Below are positions 12,946-27,130 of a DNA stretch of 64,000 nucleotides, in pieces (the stretch's first letter is position 1; every line of letters begins with the position of its first letter). The notes under the pieces were generated by a model. It did not search any database and was not told the origin of the DNA. It saw only the letters and a list, made by a program, of their open reading frames with translations. The DNA is taken from the NCBI GenBank assembly GCA_964016885.1, contig OZ024743.1, positions 353,772,001-353,836,000 of the forward strand, given 5' to 3'. This DNA is from Eledone cirrhosa. Taxonomy: Eukaryota. The translations under genes and the position numbers were made by a program.

Positions 12946-13428
12946 TTATAGCGTCACCCCCACCTTTACAACTATTACCCTTCTGTCACAAGCAACACCA
13001 TAACCACTACAACCGCCATAACTAATACAATCACCACAAACACCCCTCCCAACAACAGCAAATACACTCATTAGAAATAACACCACCACTCTCAAACCTG
13101 CCGCCTATACACTATCACAATTTGAACCACTAAACATACGACGATTGCTACTACCATGTCTAATACCACTACCACTTCAGCCAATATACTGCCACAACCA
13201 CCAAACCCACTACACACAGAAGCCCTATAATCAGCACCATCCTACAACCACTACATTACCTCTAATAAACACTATCACTACCACAGTCACTACCACTTGC
13301 GTCTATATACACCTACCATAGCCACAACACTACTACATTTACCAATACTACATGCGTTTATATGCTACTCCCACCTGCACCACAACATTACCATCACCTC
13401 TAACATCACAACAACAACAACAACAACA

Positions 13429-13468
<40 letters not shown>

Positions 13469-13819
13469 ATACATCATCACCGCAACACCATCACCACCAC
13501 TAACACAACGGAATATTGTAACTGTCGTCTTATTTGAAAATTAAATCAGGCATCAACATTTGATTATCGTCTGTTGCCTCTGTTGGGAACGGGGGCAATG
13601 ATAATGAAAACGGGGGCAGCTATAAGAGATTGTCGAGAGTAGGAGATGTAGATAGAGAGGTATAGAGTAGGAGAAGGAAAGAGGGAAGGGTGCAGTAAAA
13701 ATATGGAGGAAAAGATGAACGAAGGAAAAAGTGTGAGAATATTTTGTAAAAAGGGAAAGGAAGGACGCAAGTAGAGAGAAATGTATGTATATGTATATGA
13801 ATTGAGTTTTGATGAAGTG

Positions 13820-13875
<56 letters not shown>

Positions 13876-13876
<1 letters not shown>

Positions 13877-13960
13877 CGAAGGAAATGTGGTAAGGAACCA
13901 GGTGGACCATAACGCACCAAAGTACTCAATATTTAGGGTAGTAGAGTGGGTAATAGGAAT
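13876..13960 (-). mobile_element. 3' tail fragment of pLTR-like family B
   Basis: Inverse of 6037-6121; (TA)n flanks. Confidence 0.7.
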
Positions 13961-13973
13961 ATATATATATAGG

Positions 13974-14296
13974 TGACAAATTTTTCCCAGTGAAAAATAG
14001 TTTAATTAGGAATAAGTATAAATTAGTAATAATCAGATTAGAGCAAACATCACGGGCGCTCTATCTCAAAATTATTTAGAGCAAATACCACGGGCCTCTA
14101 TCTCAAAATTATTTTTGAAAAGCATTAGAAATGCGCAACCGGTAAAACTTAAAACTAAAACTGAATACTAACCAATACTATTACTAATTTTTACTCATTC
14201 CTAATTAAACTATTTTTCACTGGGAACAATTTGTCAGCATTTTCTTTTCCTTTTACCAATATATCATAACTCGTGTGTTACACCTCTATTCTTTTA
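13974..14296 (+). mobile_element. pLTR-like element with 5' inverted duplication, family E
   Basis: 13974-14033 is the inverse of about 14178-14237; short internal tandem duplication 14038-14114; (TA)n flanks. Confidence 0.7.
14111..14148 (+). ncRNA. Hammerhead motif, U3-A8 variant, GAAA mutated to GCAA
   Basis: UUU UUGAAAA GCAUU-AGA-AAUGC GCAA CCGG UA/AAA. Confidence 0.6.
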
Positions 14297-14541
14297 AATA
14301 TATATATATATATTTATATATACCTGTTTAGCTTGATTTGTTTTTGGGCTTAGGTGGTTAATGCCTTATTGACCACTTTTCAGTTTGAATGGCGTTTTAA
14401 CATATTGTTTAGCTCTAGTTTTCTTAACTACTGGAGCGCTTGCCAGCATGTCTACGATTTTGCGTTTCGTTTCGCTTTTTCTACCACCCGAAATACGATT
14501 CTCGCTGAATTTATATTTATATATATATATATATATATACA

Positions 14542-14668
<127 letters not shown>

Positions 14669-14899
14669 GGTAGATAAGGTTTTGTTTATGTATATCAGGA
14701 ACGAATGTTTAAACAAGAAAGCTGCTTAACCACTTACCAGAGAGTTTGACTCGACGGTATCCTTTGAATCGTATAGCATAAATATCCAAGCAGGGGAATA
14801 TGGTATATAGGTCCAGAAGAGATCACGGAGTATATAATATAAGCAAGTATTGCACCAAGAAAAATAAAACGTTGGCGTAAAAAGATTATGAATTTATTT

Positions 14900-15009
14900 G
14901 CATTGACAAGTTTCCGTGTCTATTATAAATTGTCTACATACGCTGACTACAATATGTATTGTTCAATCATATGCAATACTTAATTATTTATTACACTTCA
15001 TCAGAAAGC
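14900..15009 (-). ncRNA. Hammerhead motif with long stem II
   Basis: GCUUU CUGAUGA A GUGU...ACAC G GAAA CUUG UC/AAUGC; one mismatch in stem I. Confidence 0.6.
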
Positions 15010-15449
15010 CTATAGTAGTGGAATTCAACTATTCCCTACGCGGTAGAATTACTGAATTCTACTGACCTAGTGTCTCCACCTTACACAAAAATTATAGTAC
15101 ACAGCAAACCCTCAAAATTACATATCACTCCTGCTTTTTGCATGTAATTGTAATTGACAAGTTATACATAGAAATGTTAGCTGCTAAAAAAAAAATCAAA
15201 AAAAAAAATCTGACCAGTAATACATAAATGTAAATACATAAACGTAATATGGAAATAGAAATACATACATAAACGTTAAATGGTATTATACATAATATAT
15301 ACGCATTTGGTAAATGTTAACAAGTTAGTGTTAAGGCCGCCGCAAAGACTTTAGCAAATATACTAAAAGCTTAAGCAAAAACGTATCAAATCCACCATAG
15401 TAAGATAAAACGCATTTATAAATGAAAACATTACCTAAACTAAGTACAG

Positions 15450-16410
15450 TAAGTTATATCTACTTATAGTGATATGTATCACTACAATACCTACAAAAAT
15501 TCTTTCTTTAATGAATTCATCAAACAACATAATCTTCAGAACGCTGCTCTATATACCCTGTAGGAAGTGAGCACTACTTTGTTGATCATCATAATTCTCA
15601 GTAAAATCGTTACGAGTGCTAATTTGCTCAATGACCTCTCTCGTGAAGCTCAACTATATTATAGAAACTACATCAACACTTTGAAAGGTATCAGCAAGTT
15701 TCTCAGCTTTTGTTATTATCTCTGCATCAGATAAACTACATAATTTCATTACGGCTTTGAATTTATGCACTAATTCCTAAGCTAACCTGAATTTTTGTAA
15801 GGCAACAGACATTAATATATTAAAAGTCCTGCATCAGAGTTTGTCTCCTGAGGAATGAACAATTTCCTCTGAGACTGATGTACCTGTATTATCATATTGG
15901 TCTTCCTGTTGTTGCTTTGTAGTTGTTGATGACTCAGACGTTCTTGCTTTCAGTTTTAACACATTTTATTCTGAAAAGATTAGAAACATTTTTAGAGAAT
16001 CAGTTAGACCAATCACTCTATTCAGCTCAACTTCAAATCCTTGAAAATCTTTTTTGGTGCTGTTGAATTGTACACACATTAAATTCCAGGTCTTCATCAT
16101 CAGAACAATTTCAAGAGAGTCTATTTTGTCTGCTACTGTGTATGCTTCATATCTTGCTTCAGGTGTTTGTTCGAAGTCACTTTCAATATCTCGGAATATA
16201 TTTTAAATTTAGTCACACCCCATCTACGAAGGCTTCAGCTCTTGCTGACCAATGTATGTTTGACATATACTACATAAGTAGTGCTCTTTTCATACCTTCC
16301 AAAAACTTTCTCGTCTTCATGTTGATGGAGAAGAAAAGGTGTATAACCTATGTATAAAGCCAAAATAACTAACAGCTTCATTACAGCATGAGGCAGCAAC
16401 CTGCAGGATT
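15450..16410 (-). pseudogene. Decayed hAT transposase (ZMYM1-like hAT type)
   Basis: Minus-strand remnants VAASCCNEAVSYFGFIHRLYTF, ..SNIHWSARAEA (hAT RW motif region) and ELVHKFKAVMKLCSLSDAEIITKAEKLADTF; many stops and frameshifts. Confidence 0.65.
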
Positions 16411-16509
16411 ATGTATAATCTTCGGACAATCCAAACAAATTCGATCTGTTTGTCTATCTGTTTACCAAACTATGTATCTATTTATGCATATATGCTGCTA
16501 TGTATGTAT

Positions 16510-18764
16510 GTTCTTCTGGTTTTATAATTTCACAAATTTTTGCCAATAGAGAGAGTCGGTTTCTAACATAGACACAAGACTCTCTCATTGGAATTTACAC
16601 AACATCAACTAGGTAGATATGTATGCATGTATGCATGCATACATGTGTAGATATGGATGTTATTATATGTGTGGATGTGTATGTTTTGAGTTGTATCTGT
16701 GCATGCTTAGTATCTGTACATGTGTAAATGCAGTTATTAGATGCAACATTTTTGGAATGTTTTACATATTTTTACTGTTCCATTAATGGATTGTACTTGT
16801 AATTTCCTAATTAGTTGTGTTCTTTCTGTTTCTGTGAAGCCCAACTTTTCAAGATTTGTATTGAGGCAGTTACTAACATATCCCAATGCCCCAATAATCG
16901 CAGGCATAAATCTGAAGGTATAATCAGGGTGGAGTATCTGCAGATTTCTCATGAGTTCTGCATAAATATTCTCCTTTTCGCTAATCTTTGATATTATATT
17001 GGCATCTGCTGGACTGCTAACTCCCACTACTGTGCATGCCTTCTTTTCCCTGTCCCATATCATAATATCTGGTCTGTTATGCCTGCATTTTATTGGTTTT
17101 TTTACTCTTTCATATTATGTATATGTATGACCCCCCACATTGCTGTAGCTTTTAATGTGTTTATTATCGGGGCTATCTTTTCTACGGATTGCATTGTACA
17201 GTATTTTGGCCACTACATCATGCCTCATAGGTAGATAGTACTGCGATGACATCTTTGGACAGCTGCTTATGACATGGGTGACATCTTCGATGTTAATTCT
17301 GTAGAGTCTGCACTTGTTATCACATCTAGATGTTTTGCCTGCATCCCTATCTCTTTTGTGAATCAGGTATTTCGTGTTGATTTCCGTATCCTTCAAAGTG
17401 GGAGCCAATATAGCGGTTGTTGGTCCAAGATAGACTACTTTCTTTATCTATATTACTCTCACACTGGAGCTTCTCGGCAACATATCCATGCATGATTTTG
17501 TTGCTGATAAGCATGCTGTTTTTCATCCATGGATTCACTACGATACTGCTGAACGACTTCCCTGGGTGTGAGTTTTTGATTATCATACAGGGAATACCTC
17601 ATGAGGAGTTCCTTCTTAACTCTCATGATCTTATCTGTTTCATGCAGATAGACTTGCTCGAGAGACGGGTTCCTATGCTTTGAGGTTCGTAGATGTTGCC
17701 GGAGGCATATGATGCGACATTCAAATGCTGTCTGAACTGATGTTAGGCCTCTGCCTCCCTGCTTAAGTTTCAAGTAAAGGCGGTCTATGTAACTGTTGAT
17801 GTGGAAGTTTCCGGTGTTGTTTAGTATTTTTCGAGTTCTAACATCAATCGCTCGGATTTTGTCTATCGTCCAATTGAGTATTCCAAAAGTTGGTGTTAGG
17901 ACAGGCACAGCAAACACATTGTGAGCCACTGTTTTGTTTTGCGCAGAGAGTTCCGATGACCATATCTTTCTTAATCGGGTGTAGTATTCCCTGGTTATGT
18001 GTTCCTTATTACAGATACCATTATAGGATATGTTCTCATCTATCCCCAGGTATCTGTAGCTATCCTCATCAGATATTGGTGAAACAGTTAGGCCATTGAT
18101 ACAAATGTTGCTAGATTGGGTTGTTGTTTATCCTCGCTTTACAGTCATATATGAGCATTTATCTTGGCCAAACTCCATTCCTATATCCTTCCTTTGAGAA
18201 TGTTGTAACCAGGTCAAGATTTTTCTATGTCTTTCTGGGATGGGGCCTCAGTGACACTTATTATTTTTCCATTCATATCTCTATAGAGTGATGTTTGGTT
18301 TCGTCTGAATCTTTTATTAAGCACTTTTCTTTCATGTACCTTCTTCAGGTATCGGGGTTTTTCGCTAACAGCTCTCAATTTTTGTTTGAGGGTGATGAGC
18401 TTATATTGAAGAGTTCTGCTTCTACTGTTACCAAACATCGTCTCTATTTTATTTTTCACTCTTTGTTGGTGAGGAGTGAAGTTTTTTGTGTTTGTTTGCA
18501 TGTAAGGAGCATTGTCACATATCCTATGGTTTTTCGTAGGTCAACAATCTTTTTTTCTATTTTAGTTATATATGATGGTATTTTTGGTGGTGTTTTGTTC
18601 TTGTTAATATCTCTGCTATCACCAAGATAATGCTTCACTGTCGTTGCTAAGGCATATTAACAGGCCTTGATTTGCCAACATTTTGGGGTTTTTATCCGTC
18701 GTAAATATTCATTCCCTATTTCGCCAATAACGTAATATTTCATTATTTGTTTTTTTTTTATTAA

Positions 18765-18766
<2 letters not shown>
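16510..18766 (-). mobile_element. R4/Dong-type RLE non-LTR retrotransposon, family 2, RT core deleted
   Basis: ORFs 18456, 18214, 17459, 17347, 17115 and 16737 give AHNVFAVPVLTPTFGILNW, knuckle CRLY..EDVTHVISSC, RHD and RPDIMIWD..VVGVSSP..EKENIY. The sequence jumps from APSQKDIEK directly to DLVTTFS, so most of the RT is missing. Both ends abut TATG repeats. Confidence 0.85.
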
Positions 18767-18795
<29 letters not shown>

Positions 18796-18839
18796 TGTAT
18801 GTATGTATGTATGTATGTATGTATGTATGTATGTGTGTA

Positions 18840-21800
18840 TCTCTTTCTCTTAATTTCGAGTATATTTTTTTTGACCGGCCACCTTCCTGGTGGCAAGGTT
18901 GTAAAAGAAAAGAAATTGTCATACCTTGAATCCCAAGAATGTTTTGCAAATTTTGAAGGTGACAGCTATCGCAGCCATTTGTAGACTATGAATTAGGGAG
19001 CTGCGCTTTTTGTCCGCACATCCAAGTTCAGTCATACTTAGGTCTAAGCGGGTTGGTATATAACCCGTAGCTCCAATAATGATGGGTATGAAGCTAAAGG
19101 TGTATCTTGGATACTGGATTTGTAAACTCCTCATCAATGGTCCGTAGATGTCCTCCTTCTCCTGTATTTTTCTGACAACGTTTACATCAAATGGGCAGCT
19201 GATCTCTACAACAGAACACGTTTTCAATGTGTGGTCCCAAACAACAATATCAGGCTAGTTGTGCTTTAATTTGGTGGCAGTTTTTATTTTCAGGTTCCAC
19301 CAGTATTCCTTAGTGCCATCTGTCTCAATATATTCCTCCTCGTTTGTTGTTAATTTTGTTTTCCGAAGTGCGTTCTAGATGGTTCTAGCTATCCCATCGT
19401 GTCGCATGGGGAGGTAGTAGCGAGATGACATTCTTTCGCAGCTGGCAACAATGTGGCTTACATCCTCGATCTTTGTTTTACATAGCCTACATTTATTGTC
19501 AGCTGCTGGCCCTCCTCTTTTGTGCAGCAGATATTTGGTAGGGAGTTCTTGTTCCTGTATTGCATAGAGATATCCTTCAAGGTGTGATGTCATAAACTTG
19601 TCGGAACTCCATGCCAGGCTTTTTGAGTGGTTTATCCCCTCTATGGTCTGTGTTTTACGCCTCAAGTATCCATGCACAACTTTTTCTGTAAATTGGTCAA
19701 TTTTTTTATCTTGTTTGCACATTGAATAGGATCTTCCGATTTCTCTGGGTGAGAGATTTATATCAGGCTTTATTCCATATCTCTCCTCCAGATCAGTCGC
19801 TATTCTAATGATATTTTTTTTCATGCTCATAAACCTGGGCAAGATGGTTGCCAACCTTTTTCCTCTGTTGAAGGTGTTGCTTCAGTGTTACTATCCGGGT
19901 CTCATATGTTGTTAATATTGATTTTAGACCCCGGCAACCTTCCTTGCGTGAGAAGTATAGCCTATCCACATCACCATTGATGCTAAAGTTCCCAGTAACA
20001 CTGAGAAGTTTTCGAGTTCTAACACCTATCTCACTTAGTTCTTGCAATGACCAGTTCAGCAGGCCAAATGTTGGCGTTAGAATTGGCACAGCATAAGTAT
20101 TGTGGGCAATGTATTTGTTGTATGCTGACAGTTCTGATGACCATATTTTCTTTACTCTTCTGAGGTATTCAGTTCTGGTTCTCTCCTTATTTATGGGTCC
20201 ATCATATCTGACATTCTCATCCTGTCCAAGATATCTGTAGTTGTCACCTGACTGCAGAGGTTGTATTGTCAGGCCGTTCATCTCTAGATTTCTAGAGGAG
20301 GGCACATCTCTTCCACGTTTTACTGCCAAATATGTACACTTGGACTCATCAAATTTCATTTTGATGTCGGTTGAAAATTGTGTAATGAGGTCCAATTGTT
20401 TCTTGATGTCATTGATATTTGGCCCATACAACTTCAGGTCATCAACAAAGAAAAGATGGGAGATACTTCTGGGCCAACTTCTTTGTCCACCTTGTTTCCT
20501 GAAAGATGCCCTTCTGGTAATGTATCTTATCAGTCTTAACTTGTTCTTTCTCACCTCTAAGGATCAAATTGGTGTACCAGTTCTTGGTCAGGCATTCAAC
20601 AGCAGCTACCAATGGTTGTGAGACTTTAGCTAACTGTAAAGCCTTAATAATCCACCCATGAGGTACACTATCAAATGCTTTTTGATAGTCCACCCACACC
20701 ACACTCATGTTTCTGCGAATCTTTGTTGTTTTTTCCTGAATCTGTGCAACCCCACACCTCCCTCTTTCCACCAGCTTGCTCAGGTGTTATGATGTTGTTG
20801 GTAGCACAGTGATCCTGTAAGAACAGGTTAAGGCACCCAGTATATAATTTATACATGATGTTTTGGCAGGGTATTGGGCGGTAATTTTTAGCAAGGGTGG
20901 TTTGGCTATTTTGGGGAATGAGGAGAGTAGTGGCAGTTGATAACCATCTGGGCAGTTCTTGTGTGCCTTTAATGGTTTCTGTAAACAGCCGTATGAGATC
21001 TTGCCGATAGAAAGTGAAATTCTTCAACCAGTATCCTGTAATGAGGTCTGGGCATGGCGATTTCCTATTCGACATTTTCTGTAGACCTGTTTCCAGTATT
21101 GACCCATCTATGTCATATTGTTTTATCTGGACATGTTGGCAGTAGTCCTGTTCCAGTTCTTTTAGCCAATTAGCTTGTCTGTTGAATCCGTCATCCGTTT
21201 CCCATACAGATCTCCAGTAGCTCTCAACCTGTTCTTTTGAAGGGGTGTCGTTTACAGGGATTGAGCTTTTGCCACCGAAGCTGCGATAAACTGATTTAGG
21301 ATCTCTGGCAAACAATCTATTTAGCACTTGTCGTTTATGTGCTGTTGACTTATATTTTAGTCTTTCTGTTGTAGCTGTGAGTTGTTGTTTCAACTGGTGT
21401 AATTTGAAGTTCAAAGTTTTAAATTTTGTATCTCCAAATCGTCTCTCTAACTTTTTCTTTAGGTCTTCCTGGTGTCGTGTGAAGTTGCTCTCTATGTTGC
21501 ATTTCATAACGACTGCGATGTGTGAGATACTTCGTCTCATGGACAAAATTTTGGTTGTTAAATTTCGCATCCACGCTGGTTCAGGCTTTCTGTTTGTATC
21601 TTGATTGCGTGGTTTTAGATGTGTGTTATATGATAGCAATGTGACAGCTGAAACATATAACAAAACATTAAGCGTTTCAAATGTCGTTTCTACACCTTTA
21701 GATCGTATAGCCTTCAGATAATTGCCAGCTATTTCGTTCACCGCTTCCAATTCCAATTTAGTGGGTTCTTTACTGATTCTGGTGTTGTATGGTCTGTCAC

Positions 21801-22556
21801 TCACATTAAGGCTGTGTATCTCTTGAAACATATCGTTCCATATCACTTGTAGGGTGTCCACAAGTTTTTGGTGCTCTGTTTGTTCAGTAGAGTCATGCAT
21901 TTCAGCCTCGTTGTTGATGTGGTGACAATTACTACTAGAGTTAGGTGACCTTTCTCGCTGTTCTTCAGTGGAAGTGGGATGGATTTCAGCAAAATTGTTG
22001 GTGAGCTGTTCACTGTTAGATTTAGCTGGCCATTCTCTTTGTCTGTCAGTGGAGGTGGGGTGGTTGTCTACAAGGGCTGTATTTGTAGTATCACTCAATT
22101 CCGTTAGATGTATCAATTTACATCTAATGATACGTTTTGCCTGATCATTTAAATGCTTTGGAGAAAAGTCTAATTCTGGGTGTTTGGAGTTCCATAGAAG
22201 TTTTTAGCCTTTGCATAAAACCGAACTTTTGGGGTTCAGATTGTTTGTATGCTTCATATAATACTTTGTTAAGCTCGTAGCTCCATTGTATACAACGGTT
22301 GTAGTTGCGATTTGGTCGAAGGAGACTTGTACTTTTTGCCATGATGAGTTCGTCTATTCACTAATATTTCGTATTTATTTTTCAAAATAGTCGATAATCT
22401 TCTTTAAAGGTTTCGACAAAGTTCTGTCAGAATCAAATTTAAAGTTATTCACAGCTTGGGTAATATTTCTTTTCAGTTAGTTTTTAATTCTACAACTGTG
22501 TTTTAAACGTTGTTCTTGAATCGTTTGAATCGAGAACAAAAAGAACCGTTACTTAG
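18840..22556 (-). mobile_element. Near full-length R4/Dong-type RLE non-LTR retrotransposon, family 1 (frameshifted single ORF, 22342 to 18919)
   Basis: RT motifs NYRPIPCQNIMYKL, WVDYQKAFDSVPH, KGIFQ and HLFFVDDLKLY; CCHC knuckle CRLC..EDVSHIVASC; RHD; PD..VVEISCP..KEDIY endonuclease. Short deletion after GIFQ. (TATG)n on both flanks. Confidence 0.92.
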
Positions 22557-22840
22557 TATGTATGTATGTATGTATGTATGTATGTATGTATGTATGTATG
22601 TATGTATGTATGTATGTATGTATGTATGTATGTATGTATGTATGTATGCATGTATGTATGTATGTATGTATGTATGTATGTATGTATGTATGTATGTATG
22701 TATGTATGTATGTATGTTTGTACGTATGTATGTATGTACCATGTATGTATGTATGTATGTATGTTTGTTTGTATGTATGTATGTATGTATGTATGTTTGT
22801 ATGTTTGTATGTATGTATGTATGTATCTATCTATCTATCC

Positions 22841-23382
22841 ATCACAAACAAAAAAAAACACCCCTCCCGAAAACATAACACATACTACAAAACGCAAACA
22901 CACACAAGAACAACAAACAAAACACAACAAAAACAGTATACATACATCAACACAAACAAGAAAACACTTGTGCAAACAATAGACAAAGACCCTTCGGTTT
23001 CCACCGAAAATGTTCACCAACGCGGCGACTAAACCGCATTTAAAAATGATTACGGTCCCAAGGGACACCTACGCAATGCTCAAACAGAACTTTCCCGAGG
23101 ACGTGGGGAACCCCTGTACTAGACCTAGCAACTGCGTCCTCTTGAAATGTTTCCCCACCACCAACCCAGACACGCCTCCCCCACCAAACACCCCCACCCC
23201 ACCGCATACTGGTGTCCCCACCACATCCCAAACCACTACCCCACCAAACAACTCCGCCGACACCCCCATGGAAATTGTGCAGGAGAAGGACAGGTAGGTG
23301 TCTTTTCCTTTTTCTCCACTCTAAACTCTTCACCACCAACATGGCTGTTATAAGAGTTGGATGTTTAAATGTGCACGGCCTA
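22841..23382 (+). mobile_element. Tx1/L1-clade fragment (ORF1 end and ORF2 start), related to element at 1-1226
   Basis: LKMITVPRDTYAMLKQNFPEDVGNPC..VLLK vs LKMIRISMDTHKQLKEKFPNDVGNPC..VLLK; then MAVIRVGCLNVHGL. Flanked by ctat repeats. Confidence 0.75.
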
Positions 23383-24571
23383 TCTACCTATCTGTTTACC
23401 AACCTAATTGTCTGCCTGTCACTATTCTTCTACCAACCTGTCTGACTATCAGTCTGTCTCAATAACAACAAAGCACGAATCACAATAGCAGACTAAAGGT
23501 AGACAGATACATCGGTAGAACAAAGTCAACTAAATTTAATGGATACATGTTTGATAATAATTACAGAAAATATGGAAGAAAATATTTGTAATTGGTTTAA
23601 CTGTATGTAACGAGAAATACGGTTATGGCCTATGTTACAAAAGGAAATTTGAGGATTCAAGCATCTTTACATATAAAATTTTAATCAGGGGATTAAATTG
23701 AATGTATTTTAACCATATACCCTGTATTTTTGACAGGTACTATACGAGTATACATATATTTCCAATCTGAAGAGAATGATACATTAATCCCACATATAGA
23801 TGAGCCTTGCAGAAGGAATAAAAATGAAAAAAAAAAGAAAATATATTGCATATGAATTTGATTGTGCTTAAGACATTGTATGTGTTTAAATCTTAGAATA
23901 TAGGATTCAAACTACTAATGTAAGCTAAAGGGTACAGCTCAAATACAGCACCAAAGTTTCAAATCATTTCGGGAGATGGGTAGGAAAAAGGTAGGGAGGT
24001 AGGGAGAAAGAGACACAGCGAAAAGAGAGATGATTGCCGTTGCTGTCATTTAGTCTTGATCCAATAGACATACGATCAGTGGGATTCCGACCTCGACCAT
24101 CATGTCTTTTTCCCATGTACAGGTAACCAAGACCCAGACTATTTAAAGGTTTCTTTTTAAGAAGTAATTTCAGAGAGATTTCTGGCAGCTGCCGTGACCA
24201 CTTAAAAGCTCCTTCGTTGGTTCGTATGATTTGTAGTGCTGGTAATATTGTGTTGCGGCAACGCAGCAGTTGGGAAGACTTACGTTGAGGTTTTGTATCC
24301 GTGTGGTAGTGTGATGTTTTGACGGTGACACATTGTTTGTGCCATAGGTATGTGGTGATGTGTTACCACGGAGTTGCAGATATATGGTGGTGGTATAATG
24401 TAGCTGGACAATAGTATGGTGAGTATCGCAACGGAGTATTGTGAATGTCTAGTGGTCTAAAGAAGTTGTGTGCTATTGAAGCAGAGTGGTAGCTGTGCAA
24501 TAGTAGGGAGAGATAAGGTGATGTGTGATAGTGTGATGGTGTGGTGGGTGGTTTAGTAGTACGAATGTCTG

Positions 24572-26050
24572 GTTGTGCTGTAGTGTGGTAATGATGTATT
24601 GTAGTAGTGCTGTAATGTGGTAACGTTGTAGTGTGGTGTTCTGCTTGTGTAGTTGTGCTGTAGTGTGGTAATGATGTATTGTGGTAATGATGTATTGTAG
24701 TAGTGCTGTAATGTGGTAACGTTGTAGTGTGGTGTTCTGCTTGTGTAGTTGTGCTGTAGTGTGGTAATGATGTATTGTGGTAATGATGTATTGTAGTAGT
24801 GCTGTAATGTGGTAACGTTGTAGTGTGGTGTTCTGCTTGTGTAATTGTGTTGTAGTGTGGTAATGATGTATTGTGGTAGTGTTGTAATGTGGTAACGTTG
24901 CAGTGTGGTGTTCTGCTTGTGTAGTTGTGCTGTAGTGTGGTAATGATGTATTGTGGTAATGATGTATTGTAGTAGTGCTGTAATGTGGTAACGTTGTAGT
25001 GTGGTGTTCTGCTTGTGTAGTTGTGCTGTAGTGTGGTAATGATGTATTGTGGTAATGATGTATTGTGGTAGTGTTGTAATGTGGTAACGTTGTAGTGTGG
25101 TGTTCTGCTTGTGTAGTTGTGCTGTAGTGTGGTAATGATGTATTGTGGTAGTGTTGTAATGTGGTAACGTTGCAGTGTGGTGTTCTGCTTGTGTAGTTGT
25201 GCTGTAGTGTGGTAATGATGTATTGTGGTAATGATGTATTGTAGTAGTGCTGTAATGTGGTAACGTTGCAGTGTGGTGTTCTGCTTGTGTAGTTGTGCTG
25301 TAGTGTGGTAATGATGTATTGTGGTAATGATGTATTGTAGTAGTGCTGTAATGTGGTAACGTTGTAGTGTGGTGTTGTGCTTGTGTAGTTGTGTTGTAGT
25401 GTCGTAATGATGTATTGTGGTAATGATGTATTGTAGTAGTGCTGTAATGTGGTAACATTGTAGTGTGGTGTTCTGCTTGTGTAGTTGTGCTGTAGTGTGG
25501 TAATGATGTATTGTAGTAGTGCTGTAATGTGGTAGTGCTGTAATGTGGTAACGTTGTAGTGTGGTATTCTGCTTGTGTAGTTGTGCTGTAGTGTGGTAAT
25601 GATGTATTGTAGCAGTGCTGTAATGTGGTAACGTTGTAGTGTGGTGTTCTGCTTGTGTTGTTGTGTTGTAGTGTGGTAATGATGTATTGTGGTAATGATG
25701 TATTGTAGTAGTGCTGTAATGTGGTAACGTTGTAGTGTGGTGTTGTGCTTGTGTAGTTGTGTTGTAGTGTCGTAATGATGTATTGTGGTAATGATGTATT
25801 GTAGTAGTGCTGTAATGTGGTAACATTGTAGTGTGGTGTTCTGCTTGTGTAGTTGTGCTGTAGTGTGGTAATGATGTATTGTAGTAGTGCTGTAATGTGG
25901 TAGTGCTGTAATGTGGTAACGTTGTAGTGTGGTATTCTGCTTGTGTAGTTGTGCTGTAGTGTGGTAATGATGTATTGTAGCAGTGCTGTAATGTGGTAAC
26001 GTTGTAGTGTGGTGTTCTGCTTGTGTTGTTGTGTTGTTGTGTGGTAATGG
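24572..26050. repeat. Higher-order minisatellite: 80/96-bp units built from 16-bp monomers
   Basis: Monomers gtagtgtggtaatgat, gtattgtggtaatgat, gtattgtagtagtgct, gtaatgtggtaacgtt; period 96 (24661 to 24757), or 80 when one monomer is skipped. Confidence 0.9.
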
Positions 26051-26325
26051 TATTATGGAACCCTGCTAATGCGAATGTGCAGGAGAAATGTGAAGCTTTA
26101 GTGACGCTAGGTGTATTGAATAAACAAATGAACATACATCTAAATATAAAGAAATAGAGGTAAAAAGAAAAAAAAATGAAATTGGTAAAATAAATGAGGA
26201 AAAAAATCTAAAAAGATGGCCGCTGGCTACAAATGGCGTGGCGGGAAAATCGGCTGACATCTGCACACACATTCACGCACTCATACATAAACATATACGT
26301 GCGGTCACAGACAATTACACTCTCC

Positions 26326-26432
<107 letters not shown>

Positions 26433-27009
26433 ACGCTCTCCCTCTCTCTCTCACACACTCTCTTTCTCCCACTCTCTCTTTCTCTCTCTATATATGTGTG
26501 TGTATGTGTGTGTGTATATATATATTCATACACGCACACACACACACACACACATACATACATACACACACACACACATACACATGTATATATTATATAC
26601 ACATACAGATACATACATTTTTCCGTACAGAAGCCCCACATGAGTTAAAAGAGTTTTCTTGCTTAGTGTGTGTGCGTGCGTGCACGTACGTGTGTGTGTA
26701 TGCGTGCACGTACGTGTGTGTATATATATGTGTAATGGTGTATCCTGTGTATTAAGGTTTATTAACCTGAAGCATATGTATATGTTTATGCGTAAATGAG
26801 TTTCTGCTGAATGTTGAATGGTGATTGTTCGTGTACGTGTATGAGTGTACGTGTGTGTTTACGCACATGAATGTGTTATTTTAATGTGTAAGTAATGTGT
26901 GTTGTATATGAGTGTTATATCTGCCTGTTTGAGTAGATTTTTTTGTGTGAGATTAGAACTCTCTGTCATATAAATATGTATAATATATATATGATATATA
27001 CAAATGTAT

Positions 27010-27072
<63 letters not shown>

Positions 27073-27130
27073 TATATTTATATATATATATTATATGTAT
27101 GTATATATATATATATATATGTATATATAT

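Noticed and set aside
16090-20145. CTGATGA matches at about 16097, 18066 and 20134 as hammerheads
   Set aside because: They lie inside transposon coding remnants, with no matching stems or GAAA.
23765-23980. ctgaaga gaatgat...atcattt as a long-stem hammerhead
   Set aside because: No GAAA, stem III or stem I closure could be found.
24363-26135. 590-aa ORF, and the 498/455-aa ORFs at 39.8-41.3 kb, as mucin-like genes
   Set aside because: They are translations of tandem repeats, open in several frames, with frame-breaking unit lengths and no splice or domain evidence.
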